This document shows positions 1 to 13,100 of a stretch of DNA of 64,000 bases, in pieces; positions within the stretch are counted from its first letter, which is position 1; each line of letters begins with the position of its first letter. Position numbers and translations under genes: made by a program. The notes under the pieces were generated by a model. That model had not been told where the DNA came from, did not search any database, and saw only the letters and a program-made list of their open reading frames with translations. Origin of the DNA: Squalus acanthias (lineage: Eukaryota); assembly GCA_030390025.1 (NCBI GenBank), contig CM059432.1, positions 31,560,001-31,624,000 on the forward strand, in the 5' to 3' direction.

Positions 1-1057
1 TTTTTACTAGCTTTTTATTCCTGATTTTTAAAATTTAATTAACTGAATTTAAATTCCCCAGCTGCCGTGGTGGGATTTGAACTCATGTCCCCGGATCATT
101 AGTCCAGGCTTCTGGATTACTAGTCCAGTAATATAATCACTATGGGAGTCCCATACTGTTGTGCAAAAACCTTTTATTAAACCTTCTTGTTTCAGCAGTT
201 CCAATAGCACAGTTGTTAAGTGTATTGCCTACTGTGCAATTGAGCCATACAGACCAGGGAGGCCCAAGGCTCGATCGTCCATTTGTGCCGAGTTAGCTGA
301 TCTCAGAGAGGGTGGCAATGGGAGAACAAACAGTTGGCTTCAATGTTTCTGGGCTAGAGAAGTGGAAAACAAAAACACAGCTCCCACTTCACATGATTAT
401 CCACTGATTCCAACTGGAAAGAATGCACATGTGGGCATTGGGCGGGTACAGCATGTGCTCAAGGTTGGAGAGCCTGCCAACACTCACTCTCTAAGCTCTG
501 ACATGAAGAGCAGCTAATTGGGTCTGGTATTAATGAGCTTCTAGTCTCCTTGCAACTGCGGTCAGCAAGAGTCAACCAGCCCCAACAGCAGAGGAGTGAT
601 TTTTTATTAAAAAAACAGAATGTCTGCCGAAGTATCACCATGCAATTGGCATTTTTAAAACAACATGCCAAATGTTTTGTTCCTGTGTTTTCCTGTAATT
701 AGCTGGAAGATGTTTTCTTTATTCTTGATCTGCAGGCCATAACTTCAACCTAACTAAGGCCTCTTTAAATGGAACGATTTGCTAAGTGCTTCCTCTTTCA
801 TGTTTTATGATCTTTATGCCAAATAACATGACCAAATAGTTCTGTGGAGCATGATGGTTCCTGTGCTACTGGGATCTAGGAAACAGCTTCCATGGCAAGC
901 AACTGGCCAGTAGAGACATACAGATAGATATTCTGCTGTTTTATCTAGGCATAGATGAGAAATTATACAGAACTTTCCCTCAGGGGATGAAGTAACAAAA
1001 TTGGGTCAATCAATGCAAGACCATCAGGAATCTCAAAAAATCCATCCTTTAACTTAC

Positions 1058-1150
1058 CATCACTATAGTCCTTGCGGTGGTGGGAGACGTGGTACTGCCG
1101 CGGGTATGTCCCGCCTTTTCCTGCTCTTTCACAATAGTGATTGGCATGTT
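1058..1150 (-). CDS. MAP3K3-like exon 10 ([32 protein letters not shown])
   Basis: ctttcag|AA...G|gtaagt, 93 nt; KGGTYPRxYHVS motif of MEKK2/3. Confidence 0.94.
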
Positions 1151-4100
1151 CTGAAAGAGAAAAAAAATTAAAATTAGCCATTATTGGATGGTTTGAAAGC
1201 TACCGCAGTTCAACGATCCCTCGAAGAACCAGATAATTAAATCTCCTAACAATACTGACATGTAAGATTTCTCAGCATTTAACTTGGCTTCTTTCTTAAA
1301 ATAGATTATACAATCACCACTGCAAAAGCTGCCAAACTTGTATGCTGTGCCAACAAATGGCTTGGCTCAGTTAGTAGCACTCACCATTGACCAGAAACTT
1401 AACTGGACCAGCCACATAAATACTGTGGCAACAAGAGCAGGTCAGAGGCTGGGTATTCTGCGGCGAGTACCTCACCTCCTGACTCCCCAAAGCCTTTCTA
1501 CCATCGACAAGGCACAAGTCAGGAGTGTGATGGAATACTCTCTACTTGCCTGGATGAGTGCAGCTTCAACAACACTCAAGAAGCTTGACACCATCCAGGA
1601 CAAAGCAGCCTGCTTGATTGGCACCCCATCCACCACCTTAAAAACATTCACTCCCTCCACCACCAGCGTACCGTGGCTGCAGTGTGTACCATCTACAAGA
1701 TGCACTGCAGCAACTCGCCAAGGCTTCTTCGGCAGCACCTCACAAACCTGCAACCTCTACCACCTAGGAGGACAAGGGCAGCAGGTGCATGGGAGCACCA
1801 CCACCACCAAGTTCCCCTTCGAGTCACACACCATCCTGACTTGGAAGTATATCGCTGTTCCTTCATCATCACTGGGTCAAAATCCTGGAATTCCCTCCCT
1901 AACAGCACTGTGGGAGTACCTTCACCACACGGACTGCAGCGGTTCAAGAAGGCGGCTCACCACCACCTTCTCAAGGGCAACAAGGGATGGGCAATAAATG
2001 CTGGCCTTGCCAGCGCCGCCCACATCCCATGAACGAATATAAAAAAAACCTCTTACCTGTGTGTCAGAAAGTTTGTGAGCACATAATCTAGGCTGACATT
2101 TCAGTCCAGTAATTGGGGAGTGCTGTATATTAAGAGGTGCTGTCCTTCAGTTTATTTTTTACATTCTTCTGAAAATGTGTTTTTCTATTTGTTTTTAGGA
2201 TGAAGGCAAAGCTACATTTATTGCCCATAAATGGTGGGCCATCTTCAGAGTCCATTAAGAGTCACCCACATACAGACTAAATCAGGTAGTGGTGGCAAGT
2301 TGCCTTCTCTGACAGGTGGGAGTGAAAGACACGTGAGTATTTAGTTCTCTCATAAGAACATAAGAAATAGGAGCAGGAATAGGCCACTTGGCCCCTCAAG
2401 CCTGCTCCGCCATTCAATAAGATCATGGCTGATCTTGGGCTCAAAGCCACTTCCCTGCCCACTCCCCATAACCCTTCACTCCCTTATCTTGCAAAATCTG
2501 TCATCATTCTAATGAGGGTAGCATTTCCCTTTAAGAGGTCAATTCAAAATCGCCATTTGCTCACTAAGAAACACAGGTACGCAAGAAGAACATAACAGGA
2601 TTAAATATACTAATATTGTTTTATTTTGTGTTCACAATTTATTATTGAGTACCCTAATTGAAGACCAAGGTCCATTGGAACAGGAGTAGGCTATTCAGCC
2701 TCTCAAACCTGCTTCGCTATTCAGTTAGATCATGACTGATCTGTATCTTAACTCTATTTGCCTGTCTTGGATCCGTATCCTTTAATAACCTTACCTAACA
2801 AAAATCTATCAATCTCAGTTTTGAAATTTTCAATTGACCTAGCTTCAACAGCATTTTGAGCGAAAGTTCCAGATTTCTACTACCCTTTACATGAAGAAGT
2901 GTTTCCTGACATAACCCCTGAATGGCCTGGCTCTAATTTTAAAGTTATGTTGTGGACTCCCCCACGATGAAGGAGGAAGACAACTAGCAGTTATATCGCG
3001 ACTTCCACAACCCCAGGACGTCCAAAATTCACTTCACAGCCACTGAAATACTTTTGAAGTCCAGTCACTGTTGCAATGTAGGGAAACACGGCACTCAATT
3101 TGATTCCACAAACAGCAATGAGACAATTTTCCAGATTTTTTTTTTAGGTGGTGTTGGTTGAGGAAAAAATGTTGGCAAGGACACCGTATCACCAATATCA
3201 GTGTTAAAGAAGACACCTGATCTGCGAGCACTGGCTGCTGATACTGGGTACCCAAAGTGTGAAACTGTTCCACTGCCCACCACTACCATCCCTGTACCAC
3301 ATCTGCTCCAATTTGAGCTCAGCAGAATGTTTTTATGTCAAGTGCTGAGTATAGATCGCAACAATGACTATCCTTTAAAAGTAATTTGCCGATTGTGAAG
3401 CGCTTTGGGGAACCCTGAAGATTTAATAGACACTTAGGGGGGAATTTTGTGGGGGGGTCAGTGGACGCGATCAGTGGCGGGTCGGGTGGGAAAGTGGTTT
3501 TTTTTGATAGCGGGGTCCCGACCCGCTGTAAACCCGCCACCACGTGCCTTTACCAAATATCGGGTCTGCCAGCACTGAGCAGACCCGACACGCAGCGGCA
3601 GAGGAGGCAATTAAAATCATTAGTGGCTTGTTTAACAATGCTTTTTTCCCAGCATTTTGAATTTGACAGGTCACCCAACGGTTTCCCGCTGTCCTGGACC
3701 TCGTCTGTGAAGCTGAGGTGGGAGGTCACACGCCATTGTTTCAGCTGATGAGTTGACAGCTTCAAATGTCAAGTCAAAGCTCCCAGCTGATTGAGAAATG
3801 TTCCCTTAGCCACTAGCTTCTCTAAACTGCATTTCTACTACAGATTCAGGATGCTGCAAGTCTTTACACAAGTCTCCATCCAGTCTGACCTCATTACTGC
3901 TCCCACCATTGACCGATCGCTTCTGTCATCTCTACTTCACCTGCCATCTATTCCATCAGCATCAGTGCACTTTATACTCTCACCTTGGTCCTCAGAATCC
4001 CACCACGATCAGCCCCAACACCAGCACTACCAGGCACACCAGCAGTACCAGCAACAACACCAACATTCTCCACAATCAACTGATGCTGCACAGGACACAG

Positions 4101-7100
4101 ATCATCAGCACCTGACCACATTGCTGCCCGGGAGGCCAGGGATGGCCTCACCATAGCCAGATTTACTTCACTTGACGCTGTACACCCTGGCTGCCACATG
4201 ATGTGCCAGGTTGTCACCACCCCACACCAACACCATAAAGCATCTCTACAATGCCAAGCCATTCCTTTCACACTCATGACCATTACGGGGGGTAATGTTA
4301 TGTCTCACCATTCACTGCAACTCACGAAGCCACATCCAAAGGTGCACACAAATCTGTCCAAGAACACAAAGTGTTGAAAATAAAGGTTTCAATATTTGAC
4401 ACCACATTAACAGAAACTTTACATGAACATTGGATAAAACACCCAAGTGCCTACCCTTGTGTGTTGTTAGTTGGTATGATTGCATGAGGATGAGGGTGAG
4501 TGTGAGGGGTGGCTAGTGAGATAGGGATGTGATAATGTAGATAGAGAGGGATGGGTGGAGGTGCAAGGTAAGTTGGTGTGAGTAAGGATGTGCAGGAGTA
4601 GGGTAGGGAAGGCAGAGTGATGGGGATGTGATGAGAGGCACAGCAGGATGAGGTTGAGCGTGGCTTTGTACTAGCATTTCGTGATCTACTGAGATCATTG
4701 AAACGTTTGCAGCACTGCACCCTGACCACATCCCTGTTTGTGCCCTCGTCTGTAATGTGCAACCAGGCTGTGTTGATCTCCTAGGGAGGTCTTCTCCGCC
4801 CATAGGAAGGGAAGTGGTCCTCCCTGAGTGCTGTGACTCCCTCCATAAGCATATGGAGGGAGTCATGGGAGAGCTTGGGTGCAGTCCTGCACCTCTGTGC
4901 AGTGCTTGTCAGTGTTTGCAGTGTTTGTAGAACACTGACAGCACAACTGTCAAATTAAAGTTGGCTATGGTCCCTTTAAGGAAACCGGCTGATGACGTGT
5001 CATCAAATGACATCATCAGACCCGCTTCCTTCAATTGGCCGGGAAACTCGCTGGACGGGCTTAACAAGCCCAATCACGGTAAATTTATTCTACACAGCGG
5101 GCTGGAGTCGGCAGTGGGGCCAGGACCCGCCACTGACGTCGCCCGCCACGGACCCGCCGAGGTTGGTAAAATCCAGCCTTAAATAAATACAAGTACTTTT
5201 TTTCTAAGACAAGTTTTGAATGAGTTCTCTGAACAGATTTTTTCGAAGGTAAAGCTTTAAGAGCATTTTTTTGATCTGGGGAAAAACTCTGGATGAATCA
5301 GTTCTGGTGATTACCCACAGAATTAGCATCTCCGTAAAGGAGAAAGTAATTCTATGAGTAATCACCAGAACTGATTTATCTGCAGAATTCCTCCCACACA
5401 AAAAATTAGACTTGAAGCTTTAGATTTGAGAAATTTGCTCACAAAATTAAGAAATGGCAATGACGTCAACATAAATCATAACATGATGGCCTGAATTTTA
5501 ATACTTTGGCAGTTTGGGAGCTGGGGCCGGGGTCTCGGAAGCGGTCAGGAAACTCGGCAGCACCCTGGGTTTCCCGCAGACCCTGCCGAATTTAACAGCA
5601 GGGCCTGATTTGCATTGGAAACCTCTGTTTCCCACCTGCAGCCAGTCAGATTGAGAGGCTGGCTGGCTGCGGGCAGGTAGGCCTGTGGCACTAGGCCGCA
5701 GAGAGGAGGGAGGGATGGAGGAAGGGACTGCATGGGGGTCGGAGGAGCATGGGGGGGGGGGGAGGGGGGGAACGGAAGATCATCGGAGGGCCGGAGAAGC
5801 GGGGGACAAGGGGGAGCACATCGGAGGGCCAGAAGCGGCAGATCGGGGGGCCGGAGGCTGATTGTGGGGGCGGGGGCTCACCGCGTGGGAGCCGGAGGGG
5901 CATGGGGTGGTGGGGGGAGGTGGGAGGCCTCGTGGGTGGGGGGGAATCAGAGGCCTCGTGGGGGTTAGGTTGGGCAGGGCCGCTGGATCCGGGAGGTAAG
6001 TATAAAGGCACTTACCTCCTGGATCCAGCAGTCCTTGCCTTCCATTAGCTGGCGGGTTTCAGGAGACCTGCATAACCTGACCAGCCACTGTTAAATTTAA
6101 AATGGTGGTTGAATCTGAGGCACGCCAGCCTCATTATGATATTTAAATAGTCGGCCCACCTCCTGGGAAGAGGTTGGCTGCCTGTCCCCCTTCCCGCCTC
6201 CGTTAAAACCGGAAGTGGGCAGGTTTGGAGGCGGGTTCTGGTCGGGATTCAGAGTTGTAACACTTTAACTTCCCACCCGACCCCAACCCACCCGTTTTTT
6301 AGGGTTAAAATTGTCCCTGATGTCTTTGTGACAAAAATGGTAAAGAAAGAATTTGCATTTATGCAATGTGTTAATAGGTCCTTGCAACGTCCCAAAGTAC
6401 TTTTGCAGAATGAGTAAATTTTGGACTGCAGTGAATGTTGTTCTGCAGGGAAACGGCTCGGCTCGTCCCCACGAACACACAAAGGTTTGTTAATACTTTT
6501 TCTATGAAGGAGCTGTAGGGCACATTTAACTCTGTGCCACAGTAGATCTTAATGTTTAAAATGTTAAAAGGATTCGATAAGGTAGATACAGAGAAACTAT
6601 TTCCTCTGATGGGGCAATAAAGAAAGTAACAGCCGTGAATTCCATTAAAAAATACACCCAAAGCAAGTGTTTTGCCACTGTCGCACATCACTGAAAGAAA
6701 ATTGCGTAGTTTAAAACTTTTTAGTACTGAATGTCTTTTGGAACTTGCACGTGTATTTACTGCCAAAAATTATTTTTCTTAATTTTCGAGCCAGGTATTT
6801 AGGAGGGAATTCAGGAAGCACTTTTTCACCTAAAGGGTAGTGGAAATCTGGAAATCTCTCCCTCAAAAGGCTGTGGGTCAATTGGAGCTTTCAAAAGTGA
6901 GATCGATAGATTTTTGTTGGCTACGGGTATCAAAGGGTGCGGAACCAAGGAGAGTAAGTGGAGTTAAGATACAGATCAGTCATGGTCTAATTGAATGGAG
7001 GAACAGGCTAGAGGGGATGAATGGCCTACTCCTGTTCTTCAGCAGTCAGAGCTTACATCTGCCTCATGGTTGCATCCCTGGCCCCAAATGAATTTCTCGG

Positions 7101-10100
7101 GTGGCGGAAGAGGGTCAGTGTAATTTGAATAATTTCATTGGTCTCTTGGGCCGTTCCTAGTGCCACTGAGATGGTCGCCAAGGTGGGGGAGGAAATTGCT
7201 GCGGCAGCGACCGGTGTAGCCTGTCTAGCAGCGCTGGCTGAAAATGTTGAAATCATTTTTTAAATTTTTACTTTTTACATTAGTGCAACGATCAATTGAA
7301 TTGGAGAAAGCGGTCACTTATAATTTAAGTACCCCTCCCGCAAGACCATGGCATCCCTATGCCAGAGACTGATGGCATTGCAAGTGTGCAGCATTGCTAA
7401 GGTGTAAATGATTGGAAATAATCCTGCCAATTTGCACCTAATTACAGTTCACCCACTCGTACTTGAGCAGATATACTGAACATCCAATGTCACTTCTGGT
7501 GGTATTTCAAGGCAGGCAATCAGGAGGATGCATCTTCGCCCTATCTTCCACCCACCTACCCAGGTTACACCAATTTACTGGCGTGCCAGAGGAAATTCGA
7601 CCATTGCGCTTTAAATGGAGGTCTATATTCTTCTTCTGGATATGGTGGACAATTGGCTTAACCACTCACTGCCAGATCTGGCTGGACAACATAAAGCATT
7701 ATCAGGTCCTGCTCTCATCTGCCAAAACTACTCACTATTCCAGGATCATTCTGGAATGCAAAGATAACCCCCGGATTCTTTTCTCCACTGCTAACCATCT
7801 TGTTAAACCCCTCTCTCCTGTCTCCTCCACCCTCACCTCCAACAATAAGTGCGAGGAGCTCATGGACTTCTGTCTCTAAAATTGAAACCATCCGATCAGC
7901 TGCCTCTGCCACTTCCCTTCCTTCCCCTAGCCCACTGGGCAAAACTTCCTCTAAAGTTCCCCCCTGCCCTAGCCCTGAGCTCACATCTTTCTCCAGTTTC
8001 TCTCCGATCTCCCTGCATGACCTCTCCGTGCTCATCTTGTCCATGAGACCCACTTCCTGCTCCCTTGACCCTATTCCCACCAAACTGCTGACCACCCAAC
8101 TTCCTTTTTTGGCTCCCCTGTTAGCTGACATTGTTAACGGTTCTCTCCCCTCAGGTACTGTCCCCCTCTCCTTCTGCTGCCATCACCCCTCTCCTCAAAA
8201 AACCAACCCTTGACCCTTCCGTCCTTCCAAAATACCGCCCCATTTCCAACCCTGCTTTCCTCTCCAAAGTCCTTGAATGTGCTGTTGCCTCCCAAATCCG
8301 TGCCCATCTTTCCCGGAACTCCATGTTTGAATCCCTCCAATCAGGTTTCCGCTGCTGTCACAGTACCGAAACAGCTCTCATCAAAGTCACAAATGACATC
8401 CTTTGTGACTGTGACAAAGGTAAACTATCCCTCCTCATTCTCCTCAACCTGTCTGCAGTCTTTGACACGGTTAACCACACCATCACTTCCAATGCCTCTC
8501 CACCGTCGTCCAGCTGGGTGGGACTGCACTCGCCCGGTTCAATTCTTATCTATCTAATCGTAGCCAGAGAATCACCTGCAATGGCTTCTCTTCCCGCTCC
8601 CGCATCGTTACCTCTGGCTATCCTTGGCCCCCTCCTATTTCTCATCTACATGCTGCCCCTTGGCGATATCATCCGAAAACACAGTGTCAGTTACCAAATG
8701 TACGCTGAAGACACCCAGCTCAACCTCACCACCACTTCTCTCAACCCCTCCACTGTCTCTAAATTGTCAAACTGCTTGTCCGACATCCAGTAGTGGATGA
8801 GCAAAAATTTTCTCCAATTAAATATTGGGAAGACCAAAGCCATTGTTTTCAGTCCCCGCCACAAACTCCATTCCCTAGCCACTGATTCCATCCCTCTTCC
8901 TAACATCTGTCTGAGGCTGAACAACACTGTTCGCAACCTTGGTGTCATATCTGACCCTGAAATTAGTTTCCGACCACACATCCGCATCATAACTAAGATT
9001 GCCTGTTTCCACCACCATAACATCGCCCATCTCCGCCCTTGCCTCAGCTCATCTGCTGCTGAAACCCTCATCCATGCCTTTGTTACCTCTAGATTTGACT
9101 ATTCCAACGCACTCCTGGCTGGCCTCCCACATTCTACCCTACGTAAATTTTAGGTCATCCAAAACTCGACTGCCCGTGTCTTAACTCACACTAAGTCCCG
9201 TTCACTCAATCACCCCTGTGCTTTCTAACCTCCACTGGCTCCAGGTTAAGCAACGCCTCGATTTAAAATTCTCATCCTTATTTTCAAATCCCTCCATGGC
9301 CTCGCCCCTCCCTATCTCTGTAATCTCCTCCAGCCCCACAACCTCCCAAAATATCTGCACTCCTCTAATTATGCCCTCTTGAGCATCCCTGATTTTAATC
9401 GCTCAACCATTGGTGGCCGTGCCTTCTGTTGCCTAGGCCCTAAGCGCTGGAATTCCCTGCCTAAACCTGTCTGCCTCTCTACCTCTCTTTCCTCCTTTAA
9501 GACGCTCCTTAAATCCTACCTCTTTGACCAATCTGCCCTAATTTCTCCTTAGGTGGCTTGGTGTCAATTTTTGTCTTATGACGCTCCTGTGAAGCACCTT
9601 GGGACGTTTTACCATGTTAAAGTTCGCTATATTAAATACAAGTTGTTGTTGTTATTGTTGTTCCATGTACGTGAGTTGTCTCCCATTTATATTAAGACCA
9701 AATCCACTGATTTGTAGATTTCATGGAATGGGTGGAATCCAATGGCCCAAAAAATTGGTAAAAATCCCCAAAATTACTTGTACTAGAATTTGACTTCCTC
9801 AGTTACCATAAACTAGTTTGCCCTGGTTGGGACTAATCACAGTAATTAATAGATGGCCTGAAACCTGTTGAATGCGGACACACAAGGAGGAAGGAGGGGC
9901 AGTGAAATAAATGACCATTTGCCCATCTGCTCGATATTTTGAGTCCCTTGGTCACGTGTGGGTGTTTAGGAATGTTCGGCTTTGTGAATTTACCTCAACG
10001 GTATAATCTTATCAGTAGGGTGTCTTTGACATACCCTTCTCACATTTCCGTTTTCACATCTTCAGCCCATGTTACATCAGAGCTGAGAAAGCTGAATTTG

Positions 10101-13100
10101 GGAAAGGCTCATACGTCCCTTGAGGATCAGGGACTATCAGCAGATTGTTCCAGCTCCATCACAAGTGCAACTCTCGCTCTTATAGCAGCAGTGCCTTATT
10201 TCCACTGGGGTCTTTTTTGTATTTAACTTTTCACCATTTAGAACTCCCAATTTTTCAGTTTTTATTTCTGAAATGATTTCCCTGGAATTTTCTTGAGGTC
10301 TAGTTTGGATCTTTCAAAAACAGGAAAAAAAGAAACCAAAGTTAAATTATCAGTGGAAAACAGAGATAAATATTTGAAAAATGTGTTCGTAACATTGGTA
10401 TTCACTCTCAGTGTATCCTCTGTGTGTGTGTGTGTGTGCGTGTCAAAGTATTTATACGCGGACTCCTTAACAATTGGAATGCAGGGCAGCAAGAAAGAGG
10501 TATCTGGGAAGTCAGGAGCAGGTATTGCAATTGAAATCCAGGGAATATAAAACCAGGCTTTTAATTATACGATAATGGAACAGCAAAAACATGTGAAAAA
10601 TCAGAAAGAGGCAAACCATCTGAGGAGGAACAGAGCAGGGCGTTTTCAGAAAAATCTTGAAAACTTGAAACCCAGAAGCCCTAGTGTATCCCTGTTGACC
10701 AATACTCCAAGTAATTAGGGTGCTGCGGCAGGCACCCTGAAGTCAGGACATTCAATTCCACAAGAGCATGCATTAAGATGTGCATGAATTCATCAGTATG
10801 ATAAAATGGTAGACTGTCAGGTTCCCCTCTCCCCGCACAGCACTAATTTCTCCATTGGAAGAGCGCCAAATTTTTAAATACACTCGAAAACTAACAGGGT
10901 AGAGGCCTGGAAATCAACATTAAAAAAATATATATTTATTCTCAGGATGTGGGAGATGCTGGTTTGTCCATTTTGATTGCTCATTCCTAACTGCCCTCAG
11001 AAGTTGATGGTGCACCCTTCATAGCGATTGTTAGTGCAACTGAGGAACTTGCCATGCCACTTCAGAGGTCATTAAGAGTTGACAATGTTGTGTGGACTGG
11101 AGTCACCTGTAGGCCACACTACGTAGGGGTAGCAGGTTCCCTTTCCCTAATGAAAGACATTGGTGAAACAGTTGCTCTTTTTTTTTATGACAATCCAGTA
11201 GCTTTTATGGTCATTTTTTTTCCTGCTGCCAGCCCACAAATTACCAAATTTATTGAATTCAATTTCACAACTTTCCATGGTGGTATTTGAACTAGGACTT
11301 TTAGTTCAGTGCCATAACCACTATACTACCATATCCGTCACAGGGAACCTGAAGACACGAAAGGCAGGCAGCACAGTGTTTGAAATTCCGAAACACTACA
11401 TCACAGAGTAACACAATGCAGGTTTGTACCTCCACACTGTGAGTTACTGACCTCAAATAGTCATTCTCTCCATATGTACAGTCCCTTCTCCATCAGTACC
11501 AACTACAGACGACAAACCATGACAGAGATAACATAAGTATATCTGTAAATATGTTAGACCAGGATTTGGAGCAGGAAGTGGAGAGGAGTGAACAACGTCT
11601 GTGAAACCAAGACAAATTGCCTGGATGTATATCAAGGCTAGGTTCTTGGAAACCTTGGGGCATTATTATAGGAACACAATGCAGTAACATGTAACAGAGA
11701 GATCACACATTTACAGTGGGGAACATTCATTTGGGTAGCACAATGCTCCATTAAAATATCATCAAAACAGTACACAATAATAAAGCACCACACCATGAAG
11801 TAAGTGGCAAGTTTTTGATGACCTCATAGTTACGAGAGCGAATCTTGAGTGATTTACAGTCTTAAAATCTGAGGTTAACTTTCAGCTTTCAGGCACACAG
11901 AACGACAGAAAAGCATTCTTGGTCTGTGTACATAAAGGGTAAGGTGCATCTGTTCACATCAGTGGAATTTGGAACCAATTATTTGGATTTACTAGCTGGC
12001 TGACCAGTTTTAATTTCAAACTGAACAGCTGGTCTGGAACCGGCTAAACCTCATTGCATTGGAATGCTCTTCTGTCAGGTGCTTCAGGATGACTAGATCA
12101 TGAGGACGTGGGTAAATGCTCTCACTCTGCTGTCTCTCTCATTACTTTTCACTAATGATACTTACAAATCTATACAAGCTTGAAACCAAATTTTACGCAG
12201 TGTGCTTCTGTTAAAGAAAGACTTGCATTTATATAGCGCCTTTCATGACCACCGGACGTCTCAAAGCGCTGTACAGCCAATGAAGTACTTTTTGGGGTGT
12301 AGTCACTGTTATAATGTGGGAAACGCGGCAGCCAATTTGCACACAGCATACTCCCCTGCTCTTCTTCGAAATAGTGCCATGGGATCTTTTACATCCACCT
12401 GAGAGAGCAGACGGGGCCTCGGTTTAATGTCTCATCCGAAAGATGGCACCTCCGACAGCACTGCACTGGAGTGTCAGCCTAGATTTACGTGCTCAAGTCC
12501 CTGGAGTGGGACTTGAACCCACAAACTTCTGACTCAGAGGCGAGTGTGCTACCCACTGACACTTGGTACAAGTTTAGACCAAGCTGGATAATGTAATGGA
12601 AGGGAATGGAAATTCCAAACCTCCTGACTATTCCCTACAACGCTGTTTTGTTTTCTCGATTCAAGTGTATCTGAGAAAAAGTATTTGGGCAGCAATGAAC
12701 GTGCAAACGTCATGTTTCCTTCTACTGCCGCTCAGGTTATGATGCCAGCTGTGTAAAGTCTTGGGATATTTTCAATGTGGAAGATGCTATATAATTGTAA
12801 GTGGTTGTTGTGATTTTCTTCATGTCAGGTAAAATTGAGCATGTACCCTTGTGTCAATCTGGTTTGTATGCATGAAATCACATATTGAGTTAATTACAGC
12901 CAATTGTTTGGTTCTCCTCAGTATGCTGATACAATACACATGTTCATGAAGCAATCATTTGTTCTGAATTCAATCTGTCGAAATGCTTACCCCACCCCCT
13001 CATTCCATCCCCAGCTAACATGGCGAGTCCTTGCTGGGATATAGTTCCTCGGACACCAAAATCTCTCTAATACATTGCCCAAGTCACTCTTCATGTGTAA

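Noticed and set aside
3791..4156. Gln/His-rich 121-aa ORF
   Set aside because: Low-complexity interior of a Harbinger-derived element; no evidence for an independent gene.
8131..9153. Functional reverse transcriptase gene
   Set aside because: 5'-truncated, frameshifted L2 copy with YAED in place of YADD.
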